DNA of 64,000 nucleotides from Trichoplax adhaerens (taxonomy: Eukaryota > Animalia > Placozoa): assembly GCF_000150275.1 (NCBI RefSeq), contig NW_002060952.1, positions 1,734,313-1,798,312 on the forward strand. Direction: 5' to 3'. Under the pieces are notes generated by a model. That model had not been told where the DNA came from and searched no databases. It saw nothing but the letters and a program-made list of their open reading frames with translations. The position numbers and the translations under genes are program-made. Positions 25,181 to 37,100 of the stretch are shown in pieces. Every line of letters starts with the position of its first letter. The first letter of the stretch is position 1.

Positions 25181-28100
25181 ATGGTGTTCTACTATCAAAG
25201 CACAGGTGAGAGATATTGCATTGCGAGAGAGCGCACTTCAAATAAACGTTTAGCGCCATCTTCCATTATAATTATTAGAGCATCTCGTTGTCTTGCAGAT
25301 TGATTGAAAGGACACCATGCAATTGACCTATAATTAGAATATTAAAACATACATTCCAATTGCTCTTAATGCCCTTACTATTACAGTACAGGCTCAACCA
25401 GGTGATCATAGTGACATACTGTACAGTAGATTAACAATGATATTTTATAACGTTAAAATATCCCTTTCTAGTAACATCATTGAAGTAGTGATTCCCATGG
25501 TAGAAGTAAGGTTTACAGTTTGCAAGAACTCTATTGATCATCAGGTTGATCGCTATTGGTTGATTCTGTGATAGTACCATACAGAAATTGAGCAACTTCA
25601 AAATGGACCCTTTTAATATTAGCAATGTTCTATGTACACTTAATAATACTGACTATATTAGTAGAAAAATCGACGTGAAAATGATCCATTCGCACAGGAA
25701 GATGATCGTACTGTAGGCCCTGGATGCCGCATTAAAGTAAAAATTAATTTTGGAAGTACTGAAATTATAACTAAGATACTATAACTTCTCATGTTATACA
25801 CTCAACATCATCAATTAACAGTGCACGCCTTTAATCTACTGTATTGAAAATTGTAATATTGAAAAGGAAATAGTTAATAATTATAGGCATATCTACTGTC
25901 ACGAAAGATTGGAGTTTACACAATAATTTATCAATTATAATCGTTCGTTTTTAATAATGTACTAACTATATATTAATAACAACTGTGATGATTAGCAATA
26001 GATCCATCGTGTACCATTTACGTTGGAAGAGATAAATATGAAAGTAAGTTTGATGCTCACCAATCCTCTGATTTTAATGAACTAAATGGTAGTCTAGCAC
26101 ATCCATGTCATAGAGCAATGATTTCTTTATGTTGTTCGTATACTTTACGTAACCTTATTGAAAGAGTTCTGTATTACGTGTATACTTATGAATTTTGAGC
26201 TTATAGCATGTATAGTAAACAGCTTATATATAATGATTAATACTGAAACTCTCATACGTGTTTTAGGCTTCTTTTACATCATTGTAATGTTGCTGTTTCT
26301 AACAAGAATGCAACATTGCTAGCGACCAGCTACAGTGTTTACAGTAGTTGTAACATCGCAAAACGTCAGCAGCCTCATCTAGTACAGTTTATGTCATTCA
26401 AAAAGTTATTCATAATATTTTATATGCTTACTGTATTAGCTCTTTTCTTCAAGCATAGCTTGAAAACCCTATCACACAATTGATATTGCAGCTAATTAGA
26501 CTTGTTATCACAGTGTGCGATAATAACCTCCCTTACTATTATACGTTGCTTTTCAAACTATAGATGAAGAATTATTAAAGTATGCTTTTGCGGAAGATGT
26601 ATGGTAGGGGTTTGGCTTAATTAATCTTTTAATTATCGCATAATATCTATTGACTTTTAATGCATGTAATTATGCAATAAAAAGTTTTACTAGGACTTAA
26701 TTTGAATTATTGCATCTGGTGAAGTTATAGAATCGATTTCTGTATACGACTCTGATTAGGTTTCACGTTGATAAATTGTCTTCTGCACATGTATACTTGA
26801 GGATGCCTAAAGTAAGTACAACACTTTCTGCTAAAGTATAATAAAGTAAATGATTTTTACTATATTAGAAGACATATGTAGATAGATAAGATGTTACAAA
26901 GCGATTGCATGTATCAAAACCCCAATTTTAACTTATCCGTTCTTTATTATTAAATACTTGTATATTAGGAGAAAATTTAAACCAATACACTAGAGATTTT
27001 TGTATTGTTGTAGTCAATACTTTATTTATTTAATGCTGCCAGAATATTTTATAACCCAAAGACAATCCTATTCGTTCTACAGTTAGTTTTTTATTCACTA
27101 CGCTCATGCAGCTGTATTATACTACGCCACATAACGCCAATTTATCTATACACACCACTGCTGTACTTTGTAACATTTACTGAAATATAGTAAATTACCA
27201 ACTCTAAGTAGCTCACTTGGTCAATGACTTAATGTAGGACATGTCAATCGATTCAATTCCAACCGCTTTGTTACATGACTGTGCACAGTTGGTCAAAGCA
27301 AACAGTATACAAGGTAATATTGGCAAGGTTACGTTTGCGCTACGATCTTACAATTTACTGCAAATCCAGAGATCTTCAAACAAGATATGTTTATGCGTTT
27401 TAATGTTGGCTTTTGTAGGTTGCAAACTAAACAATGTCAAAGTGGTTTACACACCAGCAAGTAACATTAAAAAAACCGCCGATATGGAAGTTGGCCAAGT
27501 CGGGTTCCATAAAAGTAAAGAGGTATGGGTCTTTATTTGAAGGGTTAATCATCGCTGTTACTGTTTGATTACTTGATACAGTATCCATAATTTATAAATG
27601 TAAATAAGGAAAAAACCATACTAATGAGATACGCGTATATATGTATTATAATCATACACTGACACTTGAAAGATAAAATAACTTGTCTTTACGCATAAAC
27701 TGCTTTCACAAGGCTCTCACAGTCTTGATTGATTACCCAGGTTCGACTAACTACCGTGGATAAAAAAGATAATGCAATTATAAATAGATTAAATAAAACA
27801 AAATTGGAAAAATACCCTGATTTAGCCGGCGAACTTCTACAGCGAGAGAAGGAGGAACGTGAGGAAAGGAAGCAATTACTAAAGGAGCAGGTTTGTGACT
27901 TTTAATGACATTTTCGTGTGTGTTCATGTGGCAAATATGCTATACTATGATTTCATAATAAAAATTAACGAATTTCGCTCTAGAGCAAAATACAAAAAGA
28001 AGAAATACTAAAGAGACAGCAGGAACAAGAAATAAGGTAATTGTCCTTGCTTGTCGTTCAATTGAATGTACAGCTTGAAAATGGTCGGCATGCCTTACCT

Positions 28101-28431
28101 CTATGATTTTATGTGCCAGAGTATTCTAATCGTATGTCAGGCCCTATCTAATCAATGTTGTACTCTGCCGTCTTTGCATAAGTCTGTATTTATTTAGCTG
28201 ATTCCGATATAATATTTCAATCGCTTAGATCGTATAGTAGCTTGATGAAAACGGAAAATATGACAACTAATGCCGTAAGTTGAAATAAACTATACGTAAA
28301 TTATATCATCGATAGCCAATATTCTAATATAGTATGTGTATTGCGCTACTAAGTTATCGGATCCGCCTTCGCTAAGCAATTTCATTCAAATTATATTTCA
28401 GGAGGCAGAAGATGACGACGATTTTATGTAA
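25181..28431 (+). CDS. CCDC25: Coiled-coil domain-containing protein 25 (NFACT-R/DUF814 domain), 10 exons
   Basis: Spliced product: [102 protein letters not shown]..-..[14 protein letters not shown]..-..[12 protein letters not shown]..-EAEDDDDFM*. These are CCDC25 signature motifs, and all introns are GT-AG. Confidence 0.96.
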
Positions 28432-29662
28432 TCGAGATATCACCTATCTCCATATTTAACTCTACGCTAAAACAATTTGAAAGAGCTGACGAGAAATAGT
28501 AGTAAATTTACGTAATTACTAACGTTGCGGAGGTCAGATACCGTCCTGCAGTGTCTTAACCGGACAAAGAAAACATACTTGATAAAATAATTTTAATATC
28601 GATCCATTTATTACTGGAAGCAGCAAAATTTCGACTCAATACAAAGATTACGTAAATAGTACTACTGTAAGTTTAATTTAATCATAACATAAAAATGTAC
28701 ATGTCCACACGTATTCATAGCATAATCGTAATACTGGAAGTCATAAAAGGGCAAAGTGTAATTTTAATACATAAAATAAAGCTTGAAAGACAAAAATTAA
28801 TCCGAATAAAGTTCATACATTAATTTGTACAAAACATTGTTATAGTTATAGTTTCACATTGACCCAATCTTATTAGTTGGATTTCACGTACAAACGATAT
28901 ACGGTGCAAGTTATGATATACGTAATAATTCAACAATGTTTTACTTACAGTTAGCATATAAATTAATTTTAGTGATTACGAGGAAGCACAACAACTTTAG
29001 TTGCAACGTTTCTAAAACATTGCTACTTGGATGACATGTCCTATACAGTACTTGTAAACTTTTAGTTTCTACAATTCAAATGGAGTTTAATATATATGAA
29101 ACGTAAGCTAACTTTGTCAGTATCTTTCAATGAGTACAATAGTTGTACGGTACATCAGACAGCCTTTCTTTTGCAGGCCCTAAATGATAAGCGCGTCGCT
29201 AATGGGATACGATCCATTCCTTTAATTCGTGAACGAGTTTTGTGATTGCTTATCACTCTGCATGCAATGAACATTAGTACTTTAAAATATGGACAACAAA
29301 TGATAATTTCAACTTCAAAGGCAATGAAACCAGATCATTTAAAAGGCTACAAAGGGGGCCTTTTACTGCATGACTAAAAGCACTTGCGCCACTAAATGGA
29401 AGTGGAAGTAAATACCATCAACTAAAAACAGCCCTACCAAGCCTAAGTCTACATTAATCTACAGTATGATATGCTTATGTACAAATGGGTGCTATCAAAC
29501 ACTTAAAAATGCATACTTCTACTGTACTGTACCCAGGGTTTTAATGACTACGATAAAAAGTATCAAAGGTACTATTTATACAAAATGTCTCGAAGCGTAG
29601 GATCAATAAACCGCCACAGACATATATTAGTTAAACGGGGCCATAGACATCAACAGTCTTAA

Positions 29663-31533
29663 TCACCGCTTCCTTTTAATCCCTGGTGACGAGGGTTGAG
29701 GAGTAGAAGCCTTAGCTCTCTTTCGTGCTGGTGAACTATCTATAAAGAAATAAGACAACGTTTACTGCTCATCTAATATGTGTTAAGCTGTGACATATAT
29801 TTTTCTAAAGAAATGAAACGAACTTTTTCTACTTAAGCCTATTGTTGTATAGGAAATTACTTTCTAGCTAATATGAGTGGGCAGACAATGATAATAAGCT
29901 TATACACTTACCGTCATCGACAATAGGAAGAGCACTCTCTGAGATGTAATCTTCCGGGAGTGAAAAGTCAACTTCTTCAGTTGGCATGGAATAAATCTCC
30001 ATTTCATCCTAAACAATTGCATATCAAAAGTACTTATAATAAAGTTTATATACACTCTGCTCTATAAGAGCCATACTTAGTATAACGAACACGTTCTACG
30101 GAGTACAGATATCGTAACAGTCATGGTAATTTTATGCTAATGACGTTGCTACCGCAGGAGATATTATTACAAGTACATTGCTACTCGATATTAATTAAAG
30201 TATAATGTTAAGTAATAAGACCAAAGCTCTAGCAATATTTACAGTTGTAAGCTTGTTACTACTTATAAGATCGATAGTAATTATCCTTGTCAATAAATGT
30301 TCCACTTTTCAATATCTTGCAAACGATCACGATTTCTATGCAGTACCAAACGGAAAATAATTGTATCATAAGTTCATACTTACCAATGCTGCAAGATCAT
30401 ACAGAGTATTCAAATGATCCCATACAGACTTCACAGATAAGTTTTCTCCTGTTAATTCTTGAAGGCGTTGATGAATAAAAGCCATTTGAAAATGTTTATG
30501 AACTCCTACAAAGTGGTATTATTTATTTACAGTTTAGTAATGTAGCTCCTTGGATTAATTGTAATGCAGGTCTGCCCAGACATAACCAGATATTGAAAAT
30601 AATAATAATAATATAATAGCACCATTTAGAAGATTTTAAGAATGAAGTCCTGCTCGCAATCATTTGTAAACAAGGCCATACTGCCCATGTAGCAGTACAC
30701 AATCAGTGTAATCTATGGTGGAATTTTCACCGAATAGTAAGTCTTACAAATACCGTTAGAAGATAGAATTTAAAGTAAAAGCCTTCACTTGGGTCAGACA
30801 CTTGCACATTAAGTTTTGTATTTTGAAGGCACCTTTTACACTATACGCGGGCTGTATCATGAATATAATTTACTATAGATTCATTCTAAATTGAGATGTG
30901 TTGAACATACAGTCTGATGCAGACTACATCGAAGTATATCACGTACTTGCCATAAATTAAGACTAGAAAGAGGTCAAAGTTAACGATGACGATAATACTG
31001 TAAGGACTCTGCAGTGCTCTTATTTAGAGCTCGAGGAAATTATGTCTTAGATTTTATTGTACTGTACTATACTAATGGCAATGTCTATTGAAGGTATAGC
31101 AACTCATGGGGGTGGAAATACTGCACACAAGCCCAAGTCCTAGAGAAAGTGACTGCATACTATCTATGATCATTTGAATATCGACACTAAATTATGGTTA
31201 ACAGCAGCATTCCGGCGAGCCTTGGAACAGTGAAGTGCATTAGACAGTAATGGAAACGTTCAGCCTCTACGTTCAGGGAAACATTCATCAATTTACTGTC
31301 CCGTACAGTATCCTCAGCGTGTTGTACAGTACAATAACTGTACATGCCAATTTCGGAAGTTCAAAGGCCTTGCCTTTTTTTTAACTTGTTAATATACGAT
31401 AATGCCATTGCATTAGCTTTCGAATGTTGGAAATTCGAGCTCTAAAAACTCGCTTACCTACTGGCTTGTGTCCTTTCATTGCTCTAAAGAGTTTAACTTC
31501 CATATCTGCTGTCCACGTTGCCTCGGTGGCCAT
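29663..31533 (-). CDS. MRGBP: MRG/MORF4L-binding protein (Eaf7, NuA4/TIP60 subunit), 4 exons, 123 aa
   Basis: Exons 31533-31458, 30505-30384, 30008-29912 and 29739-29663 give MATEATWTADMEVKLFRAMKGHKPVGVHKHFQM...VWDHLNTLYDLAALDEME...FSLPED...KRKR*, matching the Eaf7 motif W...E..LF.AM.GHKPVG...HF.M and WDHL..YD. Missed by the ORF track. Confidence 0.93.
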
Positions 31534-31651
31534 GGTTGAACCAGCCAGCAATCACCGAGCAAATTTGTGCGTTGAGCCCACAACTTGTCAAGAGAGAATT
31601 TCTCTCCGACTGTCCAAGTCGCTGAGCAAACTATACGTGAACGGTACATGA

Positions 31652-32276
31652 ATGTACTGTAATACGAGAAAACTTTCTTTGCTGAATTTGCTAGAGTTAC
31701 AGTACTGTGTTATGCTGTACATTGTACTGTACACTGTACTGTACAGTCGGAAGAGTTGGCATTTAGTTGTACTGTACTGTACGTATGGTACAGACGTACA
31801 GACTACAGATTTTGCAGCACAATTGTACAGTACTGTAATGTACGAGTTACAGTACAGTACAGTACAAATACAGTACAGTACAGTACAGTACAGTGTACAG
31901 TACTGTACAGTACTGTACAGTACAGTACTGTACTGTACTGTACAAGTCCCTGGTTACAGTACAGTACTGTACTGTACTAGTGTACTGTACGAGTGTACGT
32001 ATGGTACAGACGTACAGACTACAGATTTTGCAGTACAGTACATTGTACAGTGTACACTGTATACTGTACAGTTGTACTGTACGAGTTAAAAATATTAACA
32101 GTCGGTAAAGCGTGGTACAGTATACTGTACAGTACTGTACTTTACACTGTACATAGTGTACTGTACATGCAGGATACTAGCAACAGAATTTATATAGAAT
32201 TGTACCTACTGTCTGCGTACAGTGTACAAATAATCTAATACAAGGAATATTGTACTGTAACTGTACTGTACAGTAC
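31652..32276. repeat. Large (TACAG/CTGTA)n array in the MRGBP / NUUM-like divergent promoter
   Basis: ~620 bp built almost entirely of TACAG and CTGTA units with strand switches at AGTACT/TGTACA palindromes. It contains an internal direct repeat gtacgtatggtacagacgtacagactacagattttgcag at ~31779 and ~31995. Confidence 0.9.
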
Positions 32277-32369
32277 GGCCGTATGGACAACGCGGTGTTG
32301 CCACAATTTCATTCTTGCTCCATCTTGTTTTGGAAAGGAAAAGAGTAGAGCTACGTTTTGTTCAATAAA

Positions 32370-33712
32370 ATGGTTCGTATCGTATTCTTAATGTAGGATG
32401 GATCAATTTAGGGATAGCTATAAGCACAGTATACGTATAGCATTAAATCCATTCTCAATGCTAGACCGTGAAATATTGTATCATCATCAAATCAAATAAT
32501 CTTTTTTGAACATATTCTCAGAAACTGCTAAAACGCGTATTTCAATTAATTTAAATTATAGGGGGGTGGCGGAAAAAGATTCCCTTACCCACAGTACGTC
32601 TGGTCACCAGCTGGTGGATGGTGGTGCAATCCTCGTAATTGGAAGCGTAATACTGCTCTTGCTACTGTAGCTGTTATTGGTATCTGTATGCCTGCGTTCT
32701 ATTTGTCGGCATCCCGTGAAGTAAGGACTGCAGTAATCGATGTTTAACTTAACATTAACATAGGGTTACGCTAGATCAGGACCTTTTTGCAGCTTAGTTT
32801 GATCTCATTTAAAGTAGTATTAGCAAGAAGTATTTTATTGTTTAGACTCTTAAATTATAACTATTGGGTTCAAGTTGAATAGACAGACCAATGATAGCTT
32901 TATACCGTATCCTGTGCTAATGGGATTGATCCTAGCCTAAATTATGTCTATCAAATTCGTCAATTATATTATATAATATTGATAGAATGTAATCTATGCG
33001 AGTAACAATTTCCTGAACAAGCGCAAACGTTGGAATATCAACCTTATTCATGACTTTTAATCCTTGACTTATTTACTTCATCCCAGCTACTGTAGTTATT
33101 CCAGTAATGTGACCACATACAACTGATGCCAGCACCGTACTATATCCCATGTATCACATGCAAACGTATAGTTTTAAGGTCCCAACTTTTAAATAAAAAT
33201 TGCGCCCCTCTTAATATTTATTTCTACCACAATTTCCTACTTACATCAGCAATATCTGCATGTTATACGCGTATACAGTATTTGCCTTGCGATTCTACGT
33301 TTCCAGCATAAATGTTTACGATGCACTTACGGTACTGAATGCAATTGAATGATGATTAGATATGTGATAGAAAAGGTACTTTTTTAACCGTATCGAAGAA
33401 TCCTGATTCATCATTTCTGGTGTGCATTATCAATAAGTACAGTGACGATATTGTATTCTTTGAAGTATTGAATGATATGTTTTTTACACCTTCAGCGAAT
33501 GGTACAACAACCTTACAGGCACGTTTTGTCCCAGAAATTTGCAAGGCATGCTAAGGTAACAAATATTTGTTGTATGTCATAGACTATACATAAGGGAGCT
33601 CAATAAAATTTTTGCATTAACGTCTTAACTTTTTTATGGTTTTATTGCCTATTTTTACCATCAGGAAGACGATCCGAGCTTGCCAGATTCTCACAGAGTA
33701 TTCAAATGGTAA
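32370..33712 (+). CDS. Small single-TM protein resembling fungal/protist complex I accessory subunit NUUM, 4 exons, 89 aa
   Basis: Exons 32370-32372 (ATG only, context aaaaATG|gt), 32562-32720, 33496-33555 and 33665-33712 are all phase 0 and GT-AG. They give MGGGGKRFPYPQYVWSPAGGWWCNPRNWKRNTALATVAVIGICMPAFYLSASRERMVQQPYRHVLSQKFARHAKEDDPSLPDSHRVFKW*. The motif PYP..VWSPAGGW..P.NW..NTA + TM helix + S..RE is recognised from fungal/oomycete proteins. The gene model is well supported; the NUUM name comes from recall. Confidence 0.85.
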
Positions 33713-34198
33713 CTATTTTACGTTATGATTTTAAATGGCTACCTTGTTCGCTATAACAGCTGCCTACTTTCAAATTTGGAAAAGATTTCATCCTGCAATA
33801 TCAAGAAGTTTTATTTTACATTTGCTTATACGTACTGTTAAATATAATGTGGTGAAATTTGCTGTGAAGTTCATGGGAGACCTTCAACGGTTCTTGAAAC
33901 TTATTTCAAATTCGTCTTTGAAATTATGGCAATAGATTATATTCTTAAGTAACTTTTATTTCGTAACCTGATGGTTACACTTCATATGTACAATACATTT
34001 TATATATACGTATATATTTACAATAAATGGCTTTACACAAGGTCGCTGTCAATTCTCATTCATGTAAGTCACACACCTTACAAACGTAGTACAGCTCAGA
34101 ATAGCTCAACACACAGACCACTGCAAGTACATAGGCTGTAAGCAACCAAAGATATATTCAAGATACGCATATATACAGTATCAATTTGCTGGCAAAAT

Positions 34199-37100
34199 CT
34201 ATTTATTTGAAAGACTTTCAATATTTAACATCACTTGTAAAAGTTGACTCTTTTTGGATTTAATATCTTCATCTAATCGTTGGAGTTCGGCTTCAATATC
34301 TGATGTACTCATTTCCGCTATATTGTTGTGTTTTCTTCGGTGCCTACTCTTATGGTGATGGCGGTGTTTTCTACGTTTTTTTTTATTTCTTCCACGTTCT
34401 ATAAAAGAATACAATTGCAAATCAGTTAGTCTTTTTTAACTCTATTAAATGCACCAACTAAATGTATATTACTGTGATTGCAGCCAACCTTTTGAAGCCG
34501 ATGGTGAGGAAACTCGTTGATCGAAACTGTTATTGCCTACAGTTTCTAATTGAGCTCTTCGATCGACGCTATGCCTTCCTGCCGATATCATTTGGCTACC
34601 AGAGTCGATAGATCTAGTAGTTTGATTTCTGAAATAAATAGGAAATGTATCAAGAAGTTTAGTGTAACAATTTTTCCTTTCATAGACTAATAACTATCGT
34701 ATCTATTTACATATTGCACTGTACTACAATATAGTCCTATATAACAACTGAGTTGGTCCCAAGATTTACAAAGTTACCAGGCATAGCGGATATAAAAATT
34801 TAGCGGCAGGTAAAAGGCAGTTGTAACTATAACCACGAACTATTTATAATTTTAATAGTCCGTGCTAGAACTCATGCCTCGCATAACTAAATGATTATTA
34901 ATCAGTCGATCCCTCGCTCGTTATACTTTGCGTGTATCACGAACTATTTATAATTTTAACAGTCCGTACTAGAACTCATGCCTCGCATAACTAAATGAGT
35001 AATAACCAGTCGATCCCTCGCTCGTTATACTTTGCGTGTACCAACTGTGTTACGTATACCTTTTACTAATTTATAAGTTATCACTGACTCACTACACGCT
35101 AAGCATATTTATTACTTCCATATCTATCCCATAGACCAGTCGCCAGATTTTCTAGAATGATGCGCATTATTTTTAAATAATATGAATTACATATCAGGTA
35201 CGATCTCAATAAAATGTATTATACAAGTTATTAAGACTGTAGTATATGCAAAGGCTAAAATTGAGCTATCAGCAGTGGAAAGGGAAATTCTATTTTATCA
35301 ACTAAGAGAGGCAGGATATTACGTTCGCGAAGGTTAAAACTATAAGGAAACATCTCGATTCTAGAAGTTCCAGCCAAAACTCTCACCTATCTACAGATAT
35401 TGTACTAGATTATTTAGACCGTATTATGCTCATTATAGTACTAAACATAATTTACTGACAGAAAGCACAATATTACAACAATGTCGCAGCGGCAATATTA
35501 AATTTAGAGGTTCATTGGTAAACCACAAACCAAGTGCTAGCAGTTAACATGACAGTCATGAATCTTGAATTCTTGATAGAACTAAGTAAACATCGGTAAG
35601 TAGCAGAACTGCTAGTAATGAGCCTTGCATGATATCACTTGTCACTACAGTCATCTTATCGTTTATGCACTAATATGTTAATATACTGTGCAGCACTATG
35701 AACTAGGTATCTACAAGTCTATGACAGTACAGTGGTACTCACCAGCATTATGCAGTGTTGAATAATGTATCACATCACAGCTTATTGATATGCAAGTATT
35801 TCTAACTTCCTATCCTCAGTCTACGCGTATAAACTAGCATTGTCTATTTAACATAGTGGCACAACAAAATGTCTAATAATGTACAGTATTTTTGTTTAAC
35901 AAAAGTTGAAATTTAGAAGTATCTAACTATCGCAATCATAAAGTCCTTAGTGAGTACAGTATACTGTATGTGTCACGTCTGTAGCTCTTGGATAACAGTA
36001 ATTCATTCGCAGGAACTGGTGCAATATTTTAATAATTTCGTGGAGTGCAGTGTAGCAAATACACATACTGTACAAGTGTACAGTAGTATTCTTTAAAATA
36101 CAGCCGAAAAAAGTACTAATTCAATCACAGGCTAGTCATTTACTAATTGTAAGCGTGAATAGCATCAGATAATAATTTATATCTACGCTTTGCAACTCTC
36201 TGAACAGTTAATACGGCGTCATGATTCATTCGTAGTAGAAGCTAGAAATTACAGAATATAGTATAATTTCTAGAAGTGCATGGTCAGTTAATAAAGCAAC
36301 TACGTGACTCATCAACGCGACGTTTACTGAAAATGCATCACGTGTATTGCAAGTACGAACCTTGTATGATCTTCACTGGAGCTATTACTGGCTTGATCCG
36401 ACGATGTTTCGCTATGATTGATTATTGGTGAATCATCTAATTCTGTACGACTCAAAGCAGCCATCTGTAGCCTTTGCGAAGATTGCTCTTGATTATCTTC
36501 AGTATGACTTTCGCTTTCCTCTCGCCTTGGATTTTCTAATGGTACAGTATAATCCACAGCACCGAAAGCTTAGAGAGTCGAATGTGTGTACTGTACTGTA
36601 GTACAGTAGACATTAGGGTATGTGCACAGTGTACAGTACCCTGTGAAAAGTATATACTGTAAGCAGAGCCGAAAAATACTGTACTGTACTATACGCTCGT
36701 ACTATGTAAAAACTTTAAATACTGAATGCCAACTACAAATGAACTGGCTGCAACTCCGAGAATTTGTAATTGATTTACGTTTATTTTCTTTTCAGACTCA
36801 GAAAAAGGGAAAAAATATTACTAAAACTAACGTCAAATTATAGACTTCTACAGTAGTCTGCATGCATGTGCTCAGTCAGAGTACAGTAAAGTACACTGTA
36901 CGTATGATACTGCACTTCGTCCGGTACAACTTTTACTGTCCAACGTGCAGTGACAGTATGTACGCAAAACACCACTGTAAGGTGGTAATGTACTGTACTG
37001 TACATTGTACAATAGGCAAGTAAATGGCTCACTTATTAATGGTTAAGAAGAAACAGTAGGGTAGCAGCAACGCATAAAATAAATAAATAGAATATTATAC

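Noticed and set aside
31779-32033. 39-bp direct repeats that could suggest a CRISPR-like array
   Set aside because: Only two copies, embedded in a simple repeat, in a eukaryotic context with no cas genes.
31652-32238. Four overlapping plus-strand ORFs rich in Y/S/T/V/Q/C
   Set aside because: They are translations of the TACAG pentamer array, which lacks stop codons; not proteins. The same applies to ORFs 6209-6493, 36622-36843 and 36838-37032.
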